From: Spizellomyces punctatus DAOM BR117
Lineage: Eukaryota
Length of the DNA stretch: 64,000 bases
Reading direction: 5' to 3' (one strand)
Assembly (NCBI GenBank): GCA_000182565.2
Contig: KQ257451.1
Below, piece by piece: positions 39,421-50,383 of the stretch. A model generated the notes under the pieces. The model saw nothing but the letters and a program-made list of their open reading frames with translations. It was not told where the DNA came from and did not search any database. Position numbers and translations under genes: made by a program. Within the stretch, counting starts at the first letter, position 1. Each line of letters opens with the position of its first letter.

Positions 39421-40468
39421 ATGATCGGACGAGTATACGATGTGTTGGGATCCCTTTGGGGCACGGTCACAACGGTATATTAATCTTTTGGATAGGAACT
39501 CGTATTCAATCCCGTATCCTAACAGTTCTGGACTAGCTCGTGCAACCAAGAGAAGCCCCAAACGGCGACGGTAAAAACGAGTTTACGTTTACCTTTACGA
39601 AACAATGCTTTGAGCAAGTCATGACGAATCCTGCGCTCTTTTCAGAGTTTAAAATGTTTAGTTTGGTAAGAGGCTGTCTGTTGTATGATTTATTTTCTGT
39701 TCTTTTGCTCACCATGGTATCTTTGTTGACATGGTGGTATGTTCCTTTCAGACGCTACACTGCCACGAGAATCTCGTCTTTTACGAATCTGTACAAGAGC
39801 TGGAATCCCTTCTTACCCTCAAAGTTCCCTCATATGTGAGCCCATCGGCTCTCTCTCGATTCGTGCATGCCGGGACAGACTCGCATCCCGCCTCGGCAAC
39901 ACCGTCACCCGTTCCCATCCCTTCATCTCTGCTCGGCCATTTCCTCTACTTTCACGCCTGCTACCTCACTCTGGATGCGCCGACCGAAATCAACCTCCCG
40001 TCCATCACCCGCCAAGCCATTGCGCTCCGAATGATGAACAGCACGCAGGGACTCTACAGTGACGTGTTTGACCGAGCAATAGATGAAGTCTTGAGCATGA
40101 TTTATTTTGACTCATTTGGAAAGTTTGTGGAAAGCAAATCTGGATGCATTGGACAGCTGGAAGGATTGGCTGATGTACGACCAGAGTCTAAACGCAGCCT
40201 CCCGCCACGTCTGGTTCCAATCGTACGAAATCTAGCTGATACAGCGACGACCGTACGGACACCCATGACTTCGACCTCGTTTGATTTGGACTTTGTACGG
40301 TCGAATCGGAGTTCGGACGGAGCGAGCGACTCTGGTGTGTCCATCATGTCGACGAGATCCACTCGGACGGTTGCATCCATCAAAATCAAGCTTGCGGGTG
40401 CAAAGAAAAAAATGGGAAGAGTCGGGCGAGCCGTCGTGGTCGGGATGAGTCCTAGGAGTGCGAGATGA
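39421..40468 (+). CDS. RGS domain protein
   Basis: FEQVMTNPALFSEFKMF...HCHENLVFYESV...DAPTEINLPSITR...VFDRAIDEVLSMIYFDSFGKFV is an RGS box. The start exon is uncertain. Confidence 0.8.
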
Positions 40469-40953
40469 CATGCAACATCATTTCAGCAATGATATGGGTA
40501 CACAAGGGCGATAATGTGCATGTGCGTGTGTGCGTGTGTGGAGGGAGTCAAAGAGATAAAAGAACCTCATCCTTTTGGGCATTCAAAAAAACAAAACGAT
40601 CATAATGGCCTCTCCCAAATGTACAGTTTATTAGATATTTCTATAGAGTATGACTAATAGATGGGATACGATTCCCTTAAAAGCCCCTCTTTAACAATTG
40701 GTTGCTCCCATGGGAGAAACAGACCCTTTCTTCCCATTTGTCATGTTACGTCAGCCACCATGGTAAAAAAAATTCGAGTGCAAAAAATCGTATTTCTTAC
40801 GTGTTTCTCTTCTTCTTTTCTCTACCGGAGAGAAATCTACCCGTGAGAGAAAAAAGGAGGAGGGGAGTCTGAGTGTGTCATCCGTTTTGACAGTAAGAGA
40901 GAGAACAAATGTGCGTCAGAGAGATTTCAGGATAAAATAAAAAAGTGGGCTGA

Positions 40954-40972
40954 GGGGGGGGGGGGGGGGGGG
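40954..40972 (+). repeat. Poly-G homopolymer (G19)
   Basis: Run of 19 G counted directly. Confidence 0.9.
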
Positions 40973-41053
40973 AGGAGGAAGGGAAATACAAAAAGGGCTT
41001 TCGCTGTTGAGCCCTCTCCCATCCGTCTCCCACCCAATAGATTATCAGAAGCT

Positions 41054-41671
41054 ATGCCTGCCAAGCAGCCCATTGAATCCTTCAATATAAAATCATCACC
41101 TCTCGTCAGTGAGCGACAGCAACCCACTGAACTCTATCATCGTCGTCGATCCGTTCGCATCATGGAAAAGGTGGCTCGTCGCTTTCGTGAGCACTTTGGA
41201 GAACATGTTCATCGGGATCCAGAATCTGGCAAAGTTCTGTTTGCTCTGCACCCAGAGAAACGTCGCACCGCTATCCAGGCGCCTCCGCCGCCTCCCCCAA
41301 GAATGTCCCGAAGAAAGAGCTCAATAGGAATCGTTTCAGTCAAAGCCATCACTCCAACAGACTCTGTCGACCTCATGGATATCATTGAATCTTACGCACG
41401 CCCAGACTCGTGCGCATCTCCCGCCGCCGACTTGGTCCGCTTTTGTTCCGCCCGCCGCGGGTCGGTTGCAGTCGGAACACCCATGAGTGAGATTTCTATT
41501 GATCCTTTTGAGCACGTCTCAGAGGAAGATCTTTCTCGCGAGACAAAGGATCCAAATACAATTCACTTGGTCAAGCAAAAAGTGGACTTTGAGGAACTCT
41601 TACGCGGACCCGATAGTACTATCAAGATATCCCTCACGCCCAGGATTATCCAGGCTGGGCAGACTGCATAA
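41054..41671 (+). CDS. Hypothetical protein (205 aa) with basophilic kinase sites and a poly-Pro stretch
   Basis: Single-exon ATG ORF with RRRS, RRKSS, RRGS and C-terminal DFEELLRGPDSTIKISLTP. Confidence 0.7.
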   Translation: MPAKQPIESFNIKSSPLVSERQQPTELYHRRRSVRIMEKVARRFREHFGEHVHRDPESGKVLFALHPEKRRTAIQAPPPPPPRMSRRKSSIGIVSVKAITPTDSVDLMDIIESYARPDSCASPAADLVRFCSARRGSVAVGTPMSEISIDPFEHVSEEDLSRETKDPNTIHLVKQKVDFEELLRGPDSTIKISLTPRIIQAGQTA

Positions 41672-41995
41672 ACATAGTTATTTTTACATATTGATTCCCC
41701 GATTTCGTAGAGTGTATATAGTTTTTTTCTTTGCATTCTTTGGCATTGCATTGACAAGTTTAATAGTTTGGTGCATAGTGTGTGTTATGTATATCATTTT
41801 CAATAATTTGAACAAGTTTGGAAAGTTACTGTTCGGTTCTTGGTACACTCAAGTGATTCCATTATTTTTGTTCCCGCCATTTAATGACATTTAATTTGCT
41901 TATAAACTACAGTGAGATTGCAACACTTCCGCTTGCTTACTAGTTAATTACAGTTTTCCTTGATATGCACTGCATCTTTGCATCCTTCGTGTGCA

Positions 41996-43206
41996 CTACA
42001 TTTTCGCTTGAGCAGTATCCAACACGAACCGATATCTCACATCTCCCTTTCGAACCCGATCTATCGCCTTTTGACAATCACGGAGAGGTAAAACCTCGAC
42101 CTGAGCTTTGACATCATGCTTGGCCGCAAACTCTAGCATGTCTTCCAATTCTGCCTTGCTTCCAATGGCACTACCCACAACAGACACTTGCTTTCCAGTC
42201 AATGAGAACGGGGGGATGACCAGGGGTTCTTCGGGAAGTGACACAATAACGAGTTTTCCATGAACGTCGAGAAGGCTCAAGTAAAGAGGCCAGTCTTGGT
42301 TGCGGGGATTCGCACAGCAAAGGATCAAGTCGAGCGTGTTGCGGTATTTTTTGATCTCTGCCTTATCGCCACCCATGTTTATGAATTCGTGCGCACCCAA
42401 ACGAAGGCACTCGTCCTTCTTTTTGGGCGAATGTGAGATGGCAATGACGTGGGCGCCCAATGCTCGAGCCCATTGAAGACCTAGGTGGCCCAAACCGCCA
42501 ATACCCAAAACTCCAACACGCTTCCCAGGACCTGCACCATGACGCTTCAATCTAGACCAAAAAAAAAACACCTAGTGAGCTTTGGGATTCTTGGATGCGG
42601 CATGAACGATGCAGAGACTTACGGCGCGTAGGTAGTCAACCCGGCACAGAGTAACGGCGCGGCAACAGTCGACTCGAGCGCTTCCGGCAATCTGAACGCA
42701 TATTGCGCCTGCAATCGAACCTTGTCCGCATATCCTCCTTGTGTCGTTTCTCCATCAGGATACTTTGACGCATATGTCCACAATTTGCGATCGCAGGCAT
42801 TATCATAACCACGATCACAGTCTCTGCACTTGAAACAGGCATAGCATTGAGCTCCAACTCCAACCCGATCACCGACATTGAGATGGGTGACTTTGGCCCC
42901 TTTTGCCGTCACTTGGCCGACAATTTCGTGGCCAGGAATAACCGGGTAAGGCGTCGGTCCCCATCCAGAATCCTTTATATTGAAAAATACCAAAAAAAAA
43001 AAAAATCAATGCCTCATTCTCGATCCAACAAAAGTGATCAACATTACAGATCTTACAATGGTATGAATATCACTTCCACAGATCCCACAGTAGTGGATCT
43101 TGATCTCGACATCCTCTTCTCCAAGGGGACGAGGCGTGTACGCAAAAGGCTTTAGCTCACCCGATTTCTCATAGGCAGCATATCCGTGAAACTGTTCAGA
43201 GGTCAT
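41996..43206 (-). CDS. Zn/NADP-dependent alcohol dehydrogenase (cinnamyl-alcohol dehydrogenase/Adh6-like), 3 exons
   Basis: CGICGSD, PGHEIVG, structural Zn CFKCRDC...C, APLLCAGLTTYAP, GIGGLGHLG and VRYRFVLD. Confidence 0.94.
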
Positions 43207-44225
43207 GATGGGAAAATGTGTATCAAAGAATGGGTGTGGGGAAACGAATGGTCAGTTTTTATAGCGTAGCGTGGGGTAGAATGGCACAGTCATTCGTTTG
43301 TCAGCAACAGGCCCCCCGGTGGAATTTCATCCCCGACCCGCCGTCTCTCAATGCATTTTAACATGGATGGCGTACAGGGAATGTGTGATGTCACTGTGGA
43401 TTACTACTGTGGAACTTATTTTGGATTCCATTTTGGGCTGACAAATGGATCGTCTTCATTCTCGCCCATGGCCATTTTGCTTGTAAGTTTTGGTTTTCCC
43501 GAAAGTGACATTTGGAAGTTTTCAGGACGATCGACAAGGTAGCAAAAATATGTTGCAAGACATGGGCGTGGGGGGCATTTGGGAATGGTTTGACTGGTAG
43601 CAAGTCTATAATTATTTTTTGGGATCACCGCTCCCTGGTATTATTATTATTTCCTCACTCGTCCAATCACATGACCAACATTCAAGTACTGTACCACCCG
43701 TCTCCCAGGCATTAAACGATGACGATCGCTCGTCAGCGTCGTGGCACCTTAAATGGTCTCTCGAATCTCGTCCATCTCATCCACCCTCCATGCATGTATA
43801 TTTATTAATCTGTTCATGAGCATAGTGCGCAAACATCAAACTTTTTGATCCCCACACTTCGTTCATCATCCATCAAAACAGGTTTTCTCAACGTTTGGTT
43901 TTTTTTCCAGACTGTTTTGTCAATCACAACAAGAGGATTCTTCCTCTACGATTGAGAATGTACGATTGAGGGACAAAAAGCGCAATCCAGCTTTTCCAGT
44001 AAAATAACGTCCAATAGAAATAATCAGCCTATTTCGTTCAGCCGCATGGGCGGTGTCGGTTCAGTTTGTAAGCCGTCCGTAAAAGGTGTTGGTTGAGACT
44101 AATGTGCACTTGCCGGAGGAGCGGGCTGAGCTAGAACTTAAAGTTGCGGTCAATGCTGCGGCTGCTACTACTGCTACTGAGCCCGTCGATCAATTATATC
44201 CTTCCGCTACTCTGATTCCTGAATA

Positions 44226-45315
44226 GGTGCGACCGGAGGCCGCGGCGGAAACGGAACCCTGTACACAACCAGGAAACAAGAATGAACATTCTGGAACTGA
44301 ATACCCCACTAGCTGAAGTTGCTGAAAGTGACTGGAATTGGAAAAGCGAGCTGCACCCGACTGGTATGGTTTGGATACATATCCGGGGAGCTTGGGCTTT
44401 TGCACTCCTTATTGAGCGGAAAATCAGTTGAAGACTGCCCTCATAACTCTACTTGAGCAAGGATTTGCTGAACGGCACCCCGGAGCGGGATGCCTGGTCT
44501 TGCAAGAAGGAGTTTGACCAAATCTGCTTAATGTGGTAAGAGGTTGACTCTGCATTCTTGATTTTTCTTTCATTAGGAGGTTGACCGGGTTCTGCGCCTT
44601 GTATGTGAGGAGGTTGGTTTGCCATCATAATACGCTCGTCTGGTGTATTTTGTCAGGGTACAAATAACAATGGGCAGCTTCTGGTACTCGTCGCCACTGC
44701 TACTGGAACCATCTTCTATTAGACTCGCTCAATGCTCTTTTCAAATGATGATACTTTCCAATGTTTGTGCTGGACGACACTTGAAGGAGAGGTGGTCACT
44801 GTCTACTGCATCTCGATCTTTTATGGATGTAATTTGGTCTTGTGAGCACGATCAGGTTTCAGTGCCTCAGTGAGTACGTGCATTTTTGTGCTCTAGTAAC
44901 CCCGTACAAAAAGAATGCAATGCTAGGTCATAGCATAATGTCACTTTGGTACTAGTGTGGTTTCGTTGTTCAGTGAAATTCCAGACTGCTTACTGCATCC
45001 CTGATTAACCTTTCCTAGGATGGCCAGCGGCTGACTCAGCATACCTTGATGTTGTCACCACATGGATGAGCACTAATGAATTGGCCCATGCTAACAAACG
45101 CTTACAAGAGATCAAAGTCGATTATGTTTCCTGGATATTTGAGCATCGTTGCGCGAGGAACGATGGCTTTTGAGGAAGCACTTGGATCTATAGTTAAAGG
45201 TTGGACGCCCATTCTTTGCCTGGTAAATGAGATGCAAAAAGACAGAGTACGATCATTACAGGCGGAAGAACACCTATGGCACACAACTGTCATGGCGGCT
45301 CTTCGAGGAAATTAG
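44226..45315 (+). pseudogene. Possible decayed intron-containing gene
   Basis: Protein-like segments bounded by splice-like signals are interrupted by stops and frame changes (e.g. LLVLVATATGTIFY*TRSMLF and WIFEHRCARNDGF*). Confidence 0.3.
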
Positions 45316-45419
45316 CGCTCCCAGAAAGGCGCATCTTTTTGGTTACAAGGTATATATATTGACTCTATTTCGCCCATTCAGCAACCATGCACTCCACATA
45401 CTTGCACCAAAACCCCTCA

Positions 45420-45647
45420 TCAAAACGGTATACATGCAGATGTCCCTCCCCAGACATTTGCAGGCGTCGCAAACAAAGCCGTCCCCGTTTCCCTAAAACA
45501 GCACCAGACCAATAACCCCAGAGGCCAACACACAATCGCAGCACAGCAAGCAAAAAGGAATCCAAGCGTAGGACCGACGACTTTGCATCGACATGGGTTG
45601 TCAGTTGTGCCAAATTGACAGCAAATCACGGGGAATGGAAGCGACAT
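45420..45647 (-). CDS. Small Cys-rich membrane protein (75 aa)
   Basis: ATG ORF MSLPFPVICCQFGTTDNPCRCKVVGPTLGFLFACCAAIVCWPLGLLVWCC...IPF with a long hydrophobic segment and 10 Cys. Confidence 0.75.
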   Translation of the reverse strand: MSLPFPVICCQFGTTDNPCRCKVVGPTLGFLFACCAAIVCWPLGLLVWCCFRETGTALFATPANVWGGTSACIPF

Positions 45648-47403
45648 GTGTGGTTTTTGTGAGATGAGATACGCTATGAATGGAATGTATCAAGATGAGC
45701 CTTGTGCCTTGTCTCCAGTGTCACCATTTGCATATTACCTTGAGCCCTGGCAAGAGACGACAGTAATCGCGGTGCTGTTAAGCTCCGAAAGACAAGGGCA
45801 AGGTCAAGACGGTCAAATAGTCAAAGGAACGGTCGGGTAAAACGCTGATGTCAGTCGAATGAGGTCACCGGGGACCATCCAAATAGGGCAAGTCATATCG
45901 CCTGTTTTGGCCTCTCGGCTGGTTGGATGGCCCTCAGTTAGTGTGGTTGCCACCGGCTTGATTGGCTGTCACCGGGTAATTTGGTTATCATTCGGTTAGT
46001 TCGGCCTTTTCGGCTGGATTGCTCCTTTGTGCCGTGTTGACTGATGTGGTGGGGGGGATGTCATTTGAGCCAATCTTTTAACATTGCTTGTCCAAGTGAG
46101 AGACGTTAGCGACGTTGTAGCAGCAGCTGAAAAGATGGAACACTTCACAAGCCGTGTACCGGCCACTTTTAACCAAGGTGCATCATCCATGTTGACCACA
46201 AGTAAAAGTCACACACAATGTCGTGTTTTCCACAATGTATTTTGTGTGTCTCGACATGGTTATCAGATGCGCATGTGTTGCACATAGTGTGATCAGCAAA
46301 CCTTAAAACTTGAAAATCGATGAGGTCTCGTGACAAACCCCAATCTGTCTTTGAAAATCGCTCCGATCATCTCCTCAGAGACGAGAGGCCAGAGATAAGG
46401 ACAAGTTGAACCCTCCCGCAAGGACCCGGAAGAACAATTCGAAAATGGCGCGACCTTTCTTCTTTGATTGCCCACACGCGACTTTTTTGTTAATCGCCAA
46501 GTTGGATGACTAAGCCCCGCGCCGACCCAGCACCACCAACCAGCCAAGGCAAGCCAAGGGAGACCTGATTTTTGGGTCAAACGCCCTTGTTTTCTGGTAG
46601 CTCCCTTCTACATGCAGGAACTTCCACGTTAGAACATTATTTTGTCCAAATGAATTCATATATGTCGCAGTTTCCCAAAAGGATATCCGCAAAACGGCCT
46701 TGTTTTGGGATGGGTAATTCCGAGGGGCTTTTTATGAATGGACGGCAAACTCCTTAAAGAGTCTCTAGGAGAGAAATTGAGGCGCCGGACTCGACTGCTC
46801 CCGAGACGCCGGTTCAAGGGGAGGGCGGGCGTTTTGGGAGACAGGAGTCAGGCGCCTCGTGCAATTGTACCTGTTTCTGGTTGGTTCAATTCATCTGAAA
46901 CATTGCAATATATCCATACACGGATACAAGGGGGTCAGGATGAAACATTTCTGGTTGTGTTTCGCGATAAGCAATCCAAAGTTTACCGCCCCCGATACTG
47001 GATGGGGACACAAATATTACTAGGAGGAGGGTTATCGGCCATCCAAGACGGCCGTGTGGGAAAAAAAAGTTGCCATTTTAAAAAGAAGAGAAAAGGGAAA
47101 AACTCAACAACCCACCGTGTGTGACACGCCCCCAATTTGGAAGGTGTCTCTTTTTTTTTTTCTTATTTCCCACACTGGCAAAAAAATCAAAAAGACAAGG
47201 GATTCTGAGAAGCAGATATAAGGAGCAGCCGGGGTTCTCATCGCTTCCTCTCGTCCTCTTCACCCTACTCGTACGTTCATCCCGTCCCCCCCTCCTCCTC
47301 CCTCCTCCCACCTCCCATCATTCTGTACATTTCGCGAGCTTTTGTTATTTTTGCTTTCGTTACGCTCTCGCTGTAGATTTCCTCATCGTTTATACTGATA
47401 AAC

Positions 47404-50383
47404 ATGACTGAGACAGACAAAGGTTTGCTTCTTTTGACCGCATGTTGATGAAATGGCTCTTTGGTTTGACGCGTCTTCATTCGCTTACAGCAAAGAGCAC
47501 TCAGCCGGAGGAGGCTCATGTTGAGGTTACGGATGACATTGACCCAGAGTTGGAGGCACTCCTTCAGACTCCCCCACTTGAAGGTCTGACGGATGCTCAA
47601 GCCGCTGCCCGTTTGCAGCAGTTTGGTCCGAATGGTACATACATCAGTCGCTGGTCATGTTGGATTGACGGGGCAACTCATCTCTCTCATTCGCAGAAAT
47701 TCCTGAGAAAAAGACCAACCCAATTCTCAAGTTCCTTTCTTTCTTTGGCGGTGCCATCTCTTACTTGCTTGAGATCGCGGCTATCGTTTGTGCCGTTCTC
47801 GGAAACTGGATTGACTTTGGTATCTTGGTGTTTGTGTTGATTGCCAATGCCTTCATTGGTTACTACGAAGAGGCGAAGGCCGAAAGTGCCTTGGATGCGT
47901 TGAAGAACACTCTTGCCCTTCACTGCCGTGCATGGCGTAACAGCAAACTCGTTGAAGTCGAATCTCGTCTCTTGGTTCCTGGTGACATCATCGCTATCCG
48001 TCTCGGTGACATTATCCCCGCTGATTGTCGTCTCCTCGGAGTCGGCGTCACTGGTGAAGAGACTGAAGGTACTCTCCAAATTGACCAAGCTGCCCTTACT
48101 GGTGAATCCCTCCCCGTCAACAAAGGCAAGGGTGCCATCGCCTACTCTTCGTCCATTTGCAAACAAGGTCAAATGCTTGCTGTTGTCACCAAAACGGGTA
48201 TCAACACGTACATTGGTCGCGCTGCGAACTTGATTAGCATCACCAACGACGAAGGTCACTTCCAGAAGATCATCAACCACATTGGTAACTTCCTCATTGT
48301 TATCTCCCTGCTCATGGTGGTTATCATCTTCATCGTCCAGAAGGTGGCCCGTGACATGGCCTTCAAGGAAGCCCTGAAGACAGTCTTGATTCTTACGATT
48401 GCTGCTATCCCCGTTGGTCTTCCCACCGTCATGTCCGTGACCATGGCCGTCGGTGCCGGACAACTGGCCAAGAAGAAGGTTATTGTCAAGCGTCTCACTG
48501 CCATTGAAGAGCTCGCATCCGTCTCTACTCTTTGCTCTGACAAGACTGGTACCCTCACCCTCAACGAGCTCACCTTTGACAAGCCTTACCTTTCCAAGAA
48601 AGGAAACACCTCTACTGACTTCGAAGGCACTGGCGAAAGTTACACTGATCAGGATCTCCTTACCTACGCTTACATGGCTTCCGAGCCTGGAGCCCAGGAC
48701 GCCATTGAGCTTGCCGTTCGTGGTGCTGCTGAAGATCGTGTGACCATCCTCCAGAACCGTACCGAGCAACACAACATCCCCGGCTACAAAGTCAATGGTT
48801 TCATTCCATTCAACCCTACGTCCAAATACACTGAGGCCACTGTCACCAACCTTGAGACCGGAGAAAAGTTCCGTACTATCAAGGGTGCTCCTCCGGTCAT
48901 CATTCGCATGGTTGGTGGACACGAACAGGCTAGCGAGGCTGTTACTGACTTTGCTCGTCGTGGTCTCCGTGCCTTGGGTGTTGCTCGTACAGTTGATCCC
49001 GAAATGACCAAGTTTGAAATGGTTGGTATGATTTCCCTATTGGATCCCCCTCGCCCGGACTCTGCCCACACGATCGCCGAATGCAACAAACTTGGTATTA
49101 CGGTCAAGATGATTACTGGAGACCAATTGATTATCGCAAAAGAAGTCGCCCACCGTCTTGGCATGGATCGTGCGATCTTGGATGCTCACGCGTTGACTGA
49201 CAGCCGTCTCGATGAAGAAGCTCTGACTGACCGTGTTATCAAGGCTGATGGTTTCGCTCACGTCATTCCTGAACACAAATACCGTGTGGTCGAACTCATG
49301 CAGAACCGTGGTCAGCTAGTCGGTATGACGGGTGATGGTGTGAATGATGCACCAGCCCTCAAAAAGGCCAACGTTGGTATCGCTGTTGAAGGATGTACTG
49401 ATGCTGCCCGATCCGCTGCCGATATTGTTCTTTTGGCGTCCGGTCTTTCGACAATTGTTGACGGTGTCAAGACTTCCCGTGCCATCTTCCAACGTATGCG
49501 ATCCTATGCTCTTTACCGTATTGCATCCACGATCCACTTTTTGCTGTTCTTCTTCATCTCGATTCTTGTGTTCGACTTCACATTGCCTGACCGTCTCGTT
49601 CTTTTGATCGCTGTACTCAACGATGCCGCAACTCTTGTGATCTCTGTTGACAACGCCAGAATTTCAAAGCGCCCTGACAAGTGGAGGCTTGGTCAACTGT
49701 TGTCTCTCTCGTTCATTCTTGGATTCCTCCTTATGATTATCTCTTTCGCGCACTTTTTGATTGCCAAATACCACTTCGACGTAGACGATGACACGCTCAA
49801 AACGATCATGTACTTGCAGATTTCTTCTTGCCCTCACTTTGTCATCTTCTCTACTCGTCTCCCTACGTGGTTCTGGAAGTCTATCCCATCACCCGTCTTT
49901 GCCTTCGCCATTATTGGTACCCAGATCATTGCCATGTTCATGTCGATCTACGGTGTGGAATTCTTCGAAGCTCACCCAATGTAAGTCTATTGTTACCTGT
50001 GGCATTTTTCTGTTTGTGCTGCAGATTCTGATGATTCTTCTTTATCTTCCAGTGGTTGGGGATGGGGAGTGTCTGTTATGTGCATCTCGTTGGTCATGTT
50101 CATGATCCTCGATATCGTCAAGGTCTTTGTGATCAAGAAGTGGTCGTTCGAGCTTACCGCACGGTTGTGGCCTTCACCCAAGCGTCGGGCAGAACTAGAG
50201 AAGCGCATTGCCAGAAAAGTCGAACTCACCCGCGTTATGGCCAACTGGGCAAAGGCACGAAAGGTTGTCCTTATGTCCCACGCCATCCTGGCCTTCAAGT
50301 CGAAAAAGACTCTCGCCGCTACCAAAGCAAATGGCGACTCGTCAACGACTATCAACGTTACTTACGCCATCGAAAACGCATAG
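47404..50383 (+). CDS. PMA1: Plasma-membrane H+-ATPase (P-type IIIA), 4 exons
   Basis: LTGES, AIPVGLP, CSDKTGTLT, KGAP, DPPR, MITGD, MTGDGVNDAPALKKA and IAVLND. Strong codon bias. TATA-like GATATAAG near 47215. Confidence 0.97.

Noticed and set aside
47687-48922. 411-aa antisense ORF (and other long antisense ORFs over RPC2, ABCA and RAB3GAP1)
   Set aside because: Shadow ORFs produced by codon bias of the highly expressed sense gene; no recognisable motifs.
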